The notes under the pieces are model-generated. The model worked only from the letters and a program-made list of their open reading frames with translations, searched no databases and had not been told where the DNA came from. A DNA stretch of 64,000 nucleotides from an uncultured Nitrospiraceae bacterium (GTDB lineage Bacteria; Nitrospirota; Thermodesulfovibrionia; Thermodesulfovibrionales; UBA6898), in assembly GCA_963811165.1 (NCBI GenBank), contig CAWEQH010000001.1, positions 1-64,000 on the forward strand, written 5' to 3'. Below, piece by piece: positions 1-7,592 of this stretch (positions are counted from its first letter, which is position 1; every line of letters begins with the position of its first letter). The position numbers were made by a program, and so were the translations under genes.

Positions 1-23
1 AGATCCTAGGAGCCAAGTTTACT

Positions 24-512
24 TTAAGCTTTCAGGCCGACTTTCTTGATACTGCTCAGCAGATTCTCTACTTCTGCAGTTTCCGGGGTAGTCTGGAGCA
101 TATCGAGAGGAACGCGGCCGCCGAGGCCAGTCTGTTTGCTATTAAGCCATTCGAGCACGGATGCTTTGTCCTCGAAGACATTTACTGCGAGCGCAACGAT
201 CCTGGCAACGCGGTAGAGCCTGTCGCTTTGAACAAGCGAAAGCCTCTCTCCTGCCGACATATTCGCTCTTTTCCTTTTACGTGATACAGTACTGGCGCTC
301 ACGCCGACCATCCGCGCTATGAAGTGGTCGGTTAAGCCCCATTTTCTATTCATATGGGATATCACTTCAGCCGGCATGCCTCTTAAAATAAGGGCATGCC
401 AGTCCATGCTGTTCTTAATCTTATGTCCGAGGACCTTAGTGCCGCCCAGAACGTCGGCTGTTGTCATCATCCTCATATAGCGGCGGCGATGAATATTGGG
501 ACTGTATCTCAT
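24..512 (-). CDS. Xre/MbcA/ParS-family antitoxin (HTH + DUF2384-like C-terminus)
   Basis: HTH-like 'IARMVGVSASTVSRK' and 'SDRLYRVARIVALAVNVFED...WLNSKQTGLGGRVPLDML' pattern; ATGA overlap with upstream kinase stop. Confidence 0.8.
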   Translation of the reverse strand: MRYSPNIHRRRYMRMMTTADVLGGTKVLGHKIKNSMDWHALILRGMPAEVISHMNRKWGLTDHFIARMVGVSASTVSRKRKRANMSAGERLSLVQSDRLYRVARIVALAVNVFEDKASVLEWLNSKQTGLGGRVPLDMLQTTPETAEVENLLSSIKKVGLKA

Positions 513-1024
513 AGTATCCAGAATTCCAATTCCCCCGTGGCCTTCTCAAAAACTTCCTGAGGCGTCAGCTTTGTCGTATCTATCTCGATTTCTGAAGGCA
601 GATCCTTAAAATGCTTGAACATCTTTCTTACAAATTCATATTTGTCCCGATACTCATCGCTAAACAGCCAATCTTCGCCCCGCTCACTCTTCTTTTTCTT
701 GCCGAGCCTCTCGTAAAGGACCTTTCTCAGCGCTGTCAGCTTGATCGTCACAATCCTTGAGAATGGAAATGCATCTCTTAGAAATCGCTCCCTGCAGTTT
801 AGACCGGTCGTTTCAAGAATGCAGTTCGCCCACTTCCGTCTTGAAAGGTCCCGAAAAAGGGCCACCCATGCATCTGCTTCACCTTCGACGGTCGAGGGAA
901 ACTTGGCACGATATGCGCCGATATAATACACCGGCAGCCGATAAAACGATGAAAGCTTTTTGCCAAGCGTTGTCTTCCCTGCGCCGGGAAGGCCGATTAT
1001 GTGAAGGATGGGAAGAGGAACCAT
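509..1024 (-). CDS. P-loop kinase (AAA_18/AAA_33, NMP/polynucleotide-kinase-like)
   Basis: N-terminal Walker A 'IIGLPGAGKTT', 'CILET' Walker-B-like strand, C-terminal 'IEIDTTKLTPQEV'; ATG at 1024 preferred over TTG at 1060. Confidence 0.75.
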   Translation of the reverse strand: MVPLPILHIIGLPGAGKTTLGKKLSSFYRLPVYYIGAYRAKFPSTVEGEADAWVALFRDLSRRKWANCILETTGLNCRERFLRDAFPFSRIVTIKLTALRKVLYERLGKKKKSERGEDWLFSDEYRDKYEFVRKMFKHFKDLPSEIEIDTTKLTPQEVFEKATGELEFWIL

Positions 1025-1171
1025 GAAATAACGCTTATTTAAAAATGCCAGTCGTCCCAATGCAACGTTATGATAGATAGATGCCTCATCAAATGATCAG
1101 GGATTATACTGACCATGCCAACATCATCGGCGAGCTGGATGTTCGAAATGTGTCAAGTTCATCGTAAAGGC

Positions 1172-1380
1172 CAGAGACGCGGAGCCGGCAGGTAACAAGT
1201 AAACTGTAAGACTGTAAAAAGTAAGCCGTCATTTGTAAACCGTAAGATGGTGTATAGGGGTTCGCGGCCCACGCTATTCTTCTTTAAGGTGGATAAATAG
1301 CTTCACCACCCCCGATTTACGCTATCGGGCTTCGGGCTATCCTGCCTCACGGCAGTTTCGCACTTGCTCCCCTGTCTCTG
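1172..1380 (-). ncRNA. Candidate structured ncRNA (~209 nt) with UUAC heptamer-period repeats, directly downstream of the DIP1984-like gene
   Basis: Closing helices CAGAGAC/GUCUCUG (1374-1380 with 1172-1178) and GGAGC/GCUCC (1366-1370 with 1181-1185); hairpins at 1342-1355 (GUGA tetraloop), 1311-1329, 1288-1310, 1254-1277; repeats at 1192-1245; no ORF. Confidence 0.65.
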
Positions 1381-1387
1381 TCTTATC

Positions 1388-1916
1388 CTATTCGTCTTTA
1401 TAGTTTACCGTCGCCGAATGATTAGCCGCATGAACCTGGTTGACCAGACGTCTGAGATGCCGGAGGCTGTCCTGGTACTCCTTGTATGTTTCAGTGAACT
1501 TGTGGCGCGGTTCCTGGACTATATCGCGTCCTTCCTTATGAATCACACGCCTGTAAGAAGACTTTTCAACCCGCGCGGCAATAGCCTTAATGTCGCCAAG
1601 CAAATTCTTCCTGACCTCTAAGGCCTCCGCAATTGATATTTCCTTGCCCTCATATTCGATCTGCGTGCTCGAAATTCGTCTTTTGAATCTCCTGGTTGAG
1701 TTTGACCCGTTTGGTCTGAAGTTTTTTGAGTCTGTTTTCGATCTCTTTCTGATTGAAGTCCGCTGCCGGGTCTTTGTCTTCATCATCGTCATTAAAGAGC
1801 CTCCGCTTTTTGGAAGATTCACCGAGAAGGCCCTCCAACAGTTCCACATGGCGGTCATACTCGTTCCTGAGTTCAATGGCTTCATAAAGGTAGAGATTCC
1901 CTTTTTTATCCGGCAT
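1388..1916 (-). CDS. DIP1984/DUF6847-like coiled-coil protein (one extra-base frameshift near 1666)
   Basis: ORFs 1650..1916 and 1388..1885 join at TNFE|TQIEY (GAG C ACG); two-fold internal repeat 'LYEAIELRN...LNQEIQKTNF' / 'IAEALEVRK...LVNQVHAANH'; RBS AGGAGG. Confidence 0.65.
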
Positions 1917-1948
1917 GGGTTACCTCCTTTTTTTGATGTAATTGATGT

Positions 1949-1993
1949 TATTATACATGCAGGTATATATTAAGTCAACTATTATACATGTAT
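1949..1993. promoter_or_regulatory. Candidate paired operators between the divergent DIP1984-like and repressor genes
   Basis: TATTATACATG occurs twice; palindromes TATACatgcagGTATA (1952-1967) and ATACATGTAT (1984-1993). Confidence 0.5.
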
Positions 1994-2033
1994 GACATTG
2001 CCAAGCGCAGCCGTTTAATTGTAAACAAGATAT

Positions 2034-2654
2034 GTGGAAAATCTCGGGCGGCGCTTAAAATACTATAGAGAACAAATCGGATTATCACAGATTGATCTGA
2101 GTGAGAAGAGTAACATCTCTCAGGCCAGCATAGCACGAATAGAATCAGGGAAACAGAAGAACCTCAAGAGAGAGACAATGAAGAGACTTGCCGATGGACT
2201 GGGCATTTCCTTAACTCAGCTCATGGAGCCTGTCACTGTGGTGAGGGAAGAGGAAGCCGTCTACGCCTCGGCAAGAATAGTGCCCGTCTTAGAAATAAAA
2301 GATATTGATGCCATGAAAGACCTGGGCGCCTCGGCCAGGAAGACCGATACCTCCGAACCTTCCCTGTCCTCAGACAAGAATGCCTTCTATCTCAAGGTTA
2401 CGGCGGGTCTCACTGTCCGGCCCGTCATAGAAGAAGGGGACTTGATCTTAATTGAACCGAAAGCGGAGATTAAGGAAGGCGATATAGTCCTTTTTCTATC
2501 GGCTGAAAAGAAATGTCTCGGTAAAATTTACTACCCTTACGATAATCTGCTGATTCAACCTCTTGATCAGGATTTGCCGCCTGTCATGCTCAGAAAAAAA
2601 GAAAAGAACAGGCGTCCCATAAAAATACTTCGAGTCAGCGGGATAAAGAAATAA
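2034..2654 (+). CDS. XRE-family HTH repressor with degenerate S24 peptidase-like C-terminal domain
   Basis: 'LGRRLKYYREQIGLSQIDLSEKSNISQASIARIESG' HTH; 'AFYLKV...PVIEEGDLILIEP...GDIVL' S24-like fold. Confidence 0.85.
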   Translation: MENLGRRLKYYREQIGLSQIDLSEKSNISQASIARIESGKQKNLKRETMKRLADGLGISLTQLMEPVTVVREEEAVYASARIVPVLEIKDIDAMKDLGASARKTDTSEPSLSSDKNAFYLKVTAGLTVRPVIEEGDLILIEPKAEIKEGDIVLFLSAEKKCLGKIYYPYDNLLIQPLDQDLPPVMLRKKEKNRRPIKILRVSGIKK

Positions 2655-2668
2655 TCTGCCGTTGCCGG

Positions 2669-2718
2669 GATAGGGGGGTATCATTCCCGCCACATGGCGG
2701 GAATGATACCCCCCTATC
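2669..2718. repeat. Perfect 24-bp inverted repeat with 2-nt spacer
   Basis: GATAGGGGGGTATCATTCCCGCCA-ca-TGGCGGGAATGATACCCCCCTATC. Confidence 0.95.
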
Positions 2719-2930
2719 TTATTTCCTTGCCGAGCGCAGCATGCTCAACATCATAGTATATTTTGTGCGTAATTTGTCGTCTATTCGTTGATTTATTAAG
2801 CCTTTTGTATATTATTTCCTGATTTCACTCTATTGTGCAACCTCATCTCAAAAAGGTGACAAATACAAGGGGCAAGTTTCAGAATTCGCCATTATGAGAT
2901 GGAAGAAGTGGGAGGCTAAAGGCGTGAAGA

Positions 2931-2974
2931 GGGGGGGGTAGAAAAGGGCCATTTGGCATTTTTCTACCCCCCCC
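2931..2974. repeat. Inverted repeat (15 bp perfect + 4 bp inner stem)
   Basis: GGGGGGGGTAGAAAA-gg-GCCA-tt-TGGC-at-TTTTCTACCCCCCCC. Confidence 0.9.
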
Positions 2975-3027
2975 AAGACTGAGGTGACGGCCTTGGCAAT
3001 TTCAGGGACACCACACCTAATTCACAT

Positions 3028-3570
3028 TTAGGATGTGGTCATACCCGACACGAATTGCGACGACGTACCCGCTACGGTTCTGAAAGCCACTCCCAGAAGA
3101 CCGTTGCGCAAGAATTCGGTTGCGAGGCAGAAGAAGATGCCATCGTTAACAATTTTTTCTTCCTTTAGTGCATGGAACGCTTTTATAAGGTTGTTAATCT
3201 TGTAGTCTGTCGGGCAAAGTACGATCACCGTGCCCGTCATTGACACTATTTTACGAATTAATGTTCCAGACGAACGAGTACCTTCATCCAGTTCGATTTT
3301 TAGATACTTAACGTGTGTTCTGCATTCTGACTCGATAATGTCCGTCAAGACGATTAGATCCGGATACGTCGCTCTTCTTTCAGCAGCATTGACCTCTATC
3401 GTCCAGTAAGGATGCACGATACATTTTTCTAATTTGGCCTTATCTTGATTAATCGCTCTTATTACCTTCCTAACGCGGATTTCATGTTTTCGCAGCCAGC
3501 TTATCTTTTTAGTCTTTCTCGAAACTGTCCTGAACACATTTCCCGGCATTGCTGCGTTTCGTCTTTTCAT
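3028..3570 (-). CDS. Replication-relaxation (Replic_Relax)-like PD-(D/E)xK protein lacking the N-terminal wHTH
   Basis: 'KHEIRV', 'YPDLIV', 'IELDEGT' motifs; RBS AGGAGG. Confidence 0.6.
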   Translation of the reverse strand: MKRRNAAMPGNVFRTVSRKTKKISWLRKHEIRVRKVIRAINQDKAKLEKCIVHPYWTIEVNAAERRATYPDLIVLTDIIESECRTHVKYLKIELDEGTRSSGTLIRKIVSMTGTVIVLCPTDYKINNLIKAFHALKEEKIVNDGIFFCLATEFLRNGLLGVAFRTVAGTSSQFVSGMTTS

Positions 3571-3694
3571 TTGTCCTCCTTTGAAATATTCCTAAGAGAA
3601 TATTACTTGGCGTTATGCCTTCTCATCGGTCGGCAATTTCACGCGTTCGTGCAGTGTCTCACAACACATAGGCAATTCGCTTGAAAGATTTGGA

Positions 3695-3713
3695 TTGCGA
3701 CACCGTGTCGCAA
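3695..3713. promoter_or_regulatory. Candidate parS-like palindrome, copy 1
   Basis: TTGCGACAC-C-GTGTCGCAA; 15-bp core repeated at 4819-4833 upstream of parB. Confidence 0.6.
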
Positions 3714-3714
3714 G

Positions 3715-4464
3715 TCAAACGTCGTCAAGATTTAGGTAAATCGTATCCTCCGTGGAAGTGATGTACCTTGTGTGTAGATCATTGCGAAAGAAATCTTCCA
3801 GAAGTGTAAATCCCACGTTACCTTTTCCAGAGAAATAAGTCTTGGAACAAGCATCCCGGAGATTGGTGAGGCGTGTTTCGTTATTGCACATAATGACAAG
3901 GGGCTCCCGGCTGGCTTGCTCTGTGATACGGCGGACCATTTTGGTAATCACTACTTTGCCGAGGTCAACCTCGATGTTCATATTAATGCTGCGATTTCTC
4001 AGTTGGAAAATAACGTTAAGGTCAGGAATAGGGGCCCTTGATCTTTTTTTACGATATTGTTTCAGTACGTTTGAGTCCGTGAAGCTGTATTTATAATGAT
4101 CCCTGATGGTGGCTGTATGGATCACATGGAGGACAGCAGTGACGTTCAACTCGTGCCTGACAAAGAAAGTTGTCGGCAAACCAACACGCATACTCTCCTT
4201 GGGACAGCCGAGTTCTGCCAGCACGTCGGCGCTTAACCGGGTCAAAGCGTAAATGCTGAAGTTACCGTGCCGTTTTCTATATGACTCTTTTCGCCTGGCA
4301 ATGTAGCCGGCGCGATGAAGTATCGACAGTCGCCGTAGAAGTGCGGGCTCGCTGATGCCATATTCAAAAGCTTTGGTTAGAAGGCGCAGCAGCATTTTGA
4401 AGGTTGAAACGCCGAGAGCCAGTGCCTTGAGGATGTCGATGTCCCTGCTTGTCAGATTCACCAT
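3715..4464 (-). CDS. Replication-relaxation (Replic_Relax) family protein, wHTH + nuclease
   Basis: 'LTSRDIDIL', 'RRLSILHRAGYI', 'IYALT', 'RHELNV', 'IPDL', 'IEVDLG' motif order. Confidence 0.7.
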   Translation of the reverse strand: MVNLTSRDIDILKALALGVSTFKMLLRLLTKAFEYGISEPALLRRLSILHRAGYIARRKESYRKRHGNFSIYALTRLSADVLAELGCPKESMRVGLPTTFFVRHELNVTAVLHVIHTATIRDHYKYSFTDSNVLKQYRKKRSRAPIPDLNVIFQLRNRSINMNIEVDLGKVVITKMVRRITEQASREPLVIMCNNETRLTNLRDACSKTYFSGKGNVGFTLLEDFFRNDLHTRYITSTEDTIYLNLDDV

Positions 4465-4818
4465 AGTTTGTTCTTGCCTATAAGGATATTACCGGCCGGG
4501 TTGGTAAAGCCAAGGCTCACAAGAAAATCGGCTGAAACACAGCAGGATAATCAAAGTTTTAAGGGTGGACCAAATATGAGAGAGAAAGGATAGAGCTGGG
4601 CCTTTGTCTCGATCCATAACTGCTTGAAATAACAAGCTCTTTCCGGAGTTTTGCCTTGTCTGCCGCCTTATGGGCCACCTGAGGGGTCACCTGAGGGTTT
4701 TAGACTGCTACTCGCGCTGGAGCCTCTGGAGCGAGTCCGGATCAGAGGAGTCGAAGTAGAGTGGATATAAGCCCTTGTCTGAGCCCTCCAACAGTACCCT
4801 GCAAGGAGAATTTCTCGC

Positions 4819-4833
4819 GCGACACCGTGTCGC
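4819..4833. promoter_or_regulatory. Candidate parS-like palindrome, copy 2
   Basis: GCGACACCGTGTCGC, identical to the core of 3695-3713; about 75 bp upstream of parB. Confidence 0.6.
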
Positions 4834-4906
4834 ATCGAATCGGGGATAGGAGCGGCCAAAAGTAATATTCCTTTAGATTGATAAAACCCAGGAAGGAGAT
4901 CGGTCC

Positions 4907-5791
4907 ATGGGTATCTTTTCAAAAAGGGGCGCAGAGGCCCTCAAGAAGATTGTCGGCACTGAGGAGGTTTCAACCCCCTCAGTTGAAACGTTGTCGGCTG
5001 ACGTCAAGCAGGGGGTAATACAACTACCCGTGAATGACATAGCTCCCAGCCCTTACCAGCCCCGGATACTTTTCAACGATGAAAACTTGGCATCCCTCTC
5101 GGAGTCGCTCAAGGAGCAGGGCGTACTTCAGCCACTTATCGTGAGGAAAACATATACCGGATTTGAACTGGTCGCAGGAGAACGGAGACTGAGAGCGGCA
5201 AAGCTGGCAGGACTGACCGCAGTCCCGGCCATTATGAAGGAGTTGGATGATAAGGATGCAATGATTCTTTCTCTAACGGAGAACCTTCAAAGGGAAGACC
5301 TCAGTGTTGTTGAAAAGACCTTGGCGATCGGATCGCTGAAAGCTCGAATTGGTGACACGGAAGCCACCGCCCGTGCCTTGGCACTTACGAAGAGGAGCAT
5401 CGAAAGATATGCGAGGATCTATTCCGTTATAGGAGCGTCCGATACGTTCCTGTCTGTCTCCATGAAAAATGCTCATTTGATAGATTTCAGGGACGCCGAG
5501 GCCCTGGCGAATATAGGCCGGTATCTTCGGCCGGAAGAGTTCACTAAGTTTTTTGACCTCGTAAAAAGTGAGGGAATAAAGCGGGCAATAAAGCATTACC
5601 GCAATCCTCTAAGATCAAGCCTTGCCCAGAATTTCGGGCGGCAACCGGTCCGCTGCACAGTCAAAGAAACGGAAACCTGCGTCCGACTGCAGATACGATA
5701 CGAAAAGGGTGAGCAACTCAAGGCCGAGGACAAGAAAAAGCTGCAAGAAAAGTTTGATGACTTCCTGTTGAGGATCGAAAAGCCGAAATGA
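4907..5791 (+). CDS. parB: ParB/Spo0J-family partition protein
   Basis: 'PYQPR', 'GVLQPLIVR', 'LVAGERRLRAA', 'ENLQREDL' motifs, then HTH. Confidence 0.9.
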   Translation: MGIFSKRGAEALKKIVGTEEVSTPSVETLSADVKQGVIQLPVNDIAPSPYQPRILFNDENLASLSESLKEQGVLQPLIVRKTYTGFELVAGERRLRAAKLAGLTAVPAIMKELDDKDAMILSLTENLQREDLSVVEKTLAIGSLKARIGDTEATARALALTKRSIERYARIYSVIGASDTFLSVSMKNAHLIDFRDAEALANIGRYLRPEEFTKFFDLVKSEGIKRAIKHYRNPLRSSLAQNFGRQPVRCTVKETETCVRLQIRYEKGEQLKAEDKKKLQEKFDDFLLRIEKPK

Positions 5792-5899
5792 GTTCTACGC
5801 TCGACGATAATATCTATTTGTGGAAGACCATTCTGCCGTGGCGGGATGAAAGATATTCTACTTATCAACTTGGGAGAAAGAGCTCAGCAGGGAGAAGAC

Positions 5900-6181
5900 T
5901 TGAATAGATTCTCTCTCCCTCAGCAGTCCCAGGAGAGCGCAGTGGGAAGACTTCTCACCGCCGAACAGGTGGCGGAAATCATTTGTTGCTCACCGAAGAC
6001 CGTGTATAGCTGGGCTGAACTCGGTCATATCCCATCGATCAAAATCGGCAATGGACGGAAAGCCCTTCTTCGGTTCGACTCCGAAGAAATTCATGCCTGG
6101 CTACAGTTCTGGAAAGCGGAAACTGCAAAGAGGTATAATTCAGGTGCTGGAACTGTTGCCGGTGTCCGGAAAGGTGGATAG
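5900..6181 (+). CDS. Excisionase-like HTH_17 DNA-binding protein
   Basis: 'LLTAEQVAEIICCSPKTVYSWAELGHIPSIKIG...LRFD'; directly upstream of integrase; start uncertain. Confidence 0.85.
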   Translation: MNRFSLPQQSQESAVGRLLTAEQVAEIICCSPKTVYSWAELGHIPSIKIGNGRKALLRFDSEEIHAWLQFWKAETAKRYNSGAGTVAGVRKGG

Positions 6182-6186
6182 AAATT

Positions 6187-7248
6187 ATGGGCATTTACAA
6201 GAAAGGCAACACCTACTGGATGATAAAACAGTACCGAGGGAAGAAGGTCGAGAGGTCTCTCGACACATCGGTCAAAAGAAGCGCAGAGGAAAGGTATTCA
6301 AAAATAGTTTCCGAGATTGTCGACGGAAGCTATTTCCAGAAGCCGAAGGACTTCACCATTTCGTATCTGATAGCAAAATACATGGAAGATCGAGTATCGA
6401 CCAAGGCAAGCAATACCCTGGCAAGAGATAAGAGCCTGCGTGAACATATCATTGCCAACTTCGGCGCATATCTTCTCGCCGAGGTGACATCTGAGATGGT
6501 CTCGGAATACCGCAGTAAACGCTATGCCGAGAAAAAGAGCGTTGCTACCGTCAACAGGGAATTGACATTTCTTCGGAACGCCTATAATGTCGCTATCAGG
6601 CATTATAAGTGGTGCTTCGTTAATCCCGTCTCTTCCCTAAAGTTCGACAGGGAGAAAAGCGGACGGGACAGGTGGCTGACGGTGGAACAGGAAACCGCGT
6701 TACTCTCCAAGTGCGAAGGCAGACTGCACGAAATCGTTCGTCTCGTTCTCAATACCGGATTGCGTCAGGATGAAGTGCTCAGTCTCACACGGGCAGGCGT
6801 AGACCTGTTCCGCAGGACCGTGACAGTCAGGGGCAAGGGTGACAAAATCCGGACGATTCCCCTCAATACAGCCGCGTTAGAAATCCTCAAGGTGAAGATG
6901 AAGACAAGGCATATCAGCAGCGACTTGGTGTTTCCAAGCGGGGCCGGAACAAAAATCATCAGACAGAGACTTGTAAGGGCATTCTCAAAGGCCGCGAAGG
7001 ACGCAGAGCTTGTGGACTTTCACTTTCACGACCTTCGCCACACCTTCGCCACAAGGCTCGCCCAAGCCGGCGTAGACCTTTACAAGATAGCGAAGCTGCT
7101 GGGTCACAACGATGTTTCTACAACCCAGCGTTACGCTCACCACTGCCCCGAGAGTTTACGGAGTAGCGTGGACATCCTGCAAAACTACTACAATTTTACT
7201 ACAGTTGCGTCCGATGACGAAAAAGAGCCTGTGCATGTCTCAGGGTAA
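6187..7248 (+). CDS. Tyrosine recombinase/integrase
   Basis: Catalytic R (TGLR), K (GKGDK), HDLRH, LGH, Y (TQRY). Confidence 0.95.
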   Translation: MGIYKKGNTYWMIKQYRGKKVERSLDTSVKRSAEERYSKIVSEIVDGSYFQKPKDFTISYLIAKYMEDRVSTKASNTLARDKSLREHIIANFGAYLLAEVTSEMVSEYRSKRYAEKKSVATVNRELTFLRNAYNVAIRHYKWCFVNPVSSLKFDREKSGRDRWLTVEQETALLSKCEGRLHEIVRLVLNTGLRQDEVLSLTRAGVDLFRRTVTVRGKGDKIRTIPLNTAALEILKVKMKTRHISSDLVFPSGAGTKIIRQRLVRAFSKAAKDAELVDFHFHDLRHTFATRLAQAGVDLYKIAKLLGHNDVSTTQRYAHHCPESLRSSVDILQNYYNFTTVASDDEKEPVHVSG

Positions 7249-7272
7249 TTTATTGTTTTCTAAGGAAAAATA

Positions 7273-7349
7273 TGGTGCCCCCTGCATGATTCGAACATGC
7301 GGCCCCAGGTTTAGGAAACCTGTGCTCTATCCTACTGAGCTAAGGGGGC
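7273..7349 (-). tRNA. tRNA-Arg (anticodon CCT)
   Basis: Reverse complement GCCCCCTTAGCTCAGTAGGATAGAGCACAGGTTTCCTAAACCTG...GTTCGAATC...GGGGGCACCA; cloverleaf with encoded CCA. Confidence 0.95.
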
Positions 7350-7592
7350 AGATCGGGTTACCCGGTATTATACACCAAAAGACCATAAAATCGTGATCGT
7401 GATTAGGCGGATGTGCAAAGAGGAAGATGAATAATTTTCTTACGCAAATATGCCACAATCCCGCCCGAACTCCGCAAGTCGATTGCAAAGAGCAATACCA
7501 TATGATAAGCTGATTTTAAGAGATTCATTACCTTTATGCTAGATTCAGGATGAGTATTTGTTGAGGCTCTTTTTCTTTTGAAAGGAGGAGTT

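Larger units (their letters stand above)
1..7272. mobile_element. Integrative element (left end outside window) inserted at the 3' end of tRNA-Arg(CCT)
   Basis: Tyrosine integrase ends 24 bp from the tRNA 3' end; xis, parB, replication-relaxation-like genes, repressor and TA-like cargo are adjacent; no second att copy seen in the window. Confidence 0.85.

Noticed and set aside
1192..1245. CRISPR array or simple microsatellite
   Set aside because: Units are only 7-8 nt with a fixed 4-nt core and variable linkers. There are no 25-40 nt repeats or spacers and no cas genes, and it is not a perfect tandem repeat either.
1655..1680. Programmed frameshift in the DIP1984-like gene
   Set aside because: No slippery heptamer at the junction; a single extra base is better explained by sequencing error or mutation, given the other indels in the window.
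1..7260. Second att site (tRNA-Arg 3' duplicate) delimiting the element
   Set aside because: No copy of the tRNA 3' end was seen in this interval; the boundary is probably outside the window.
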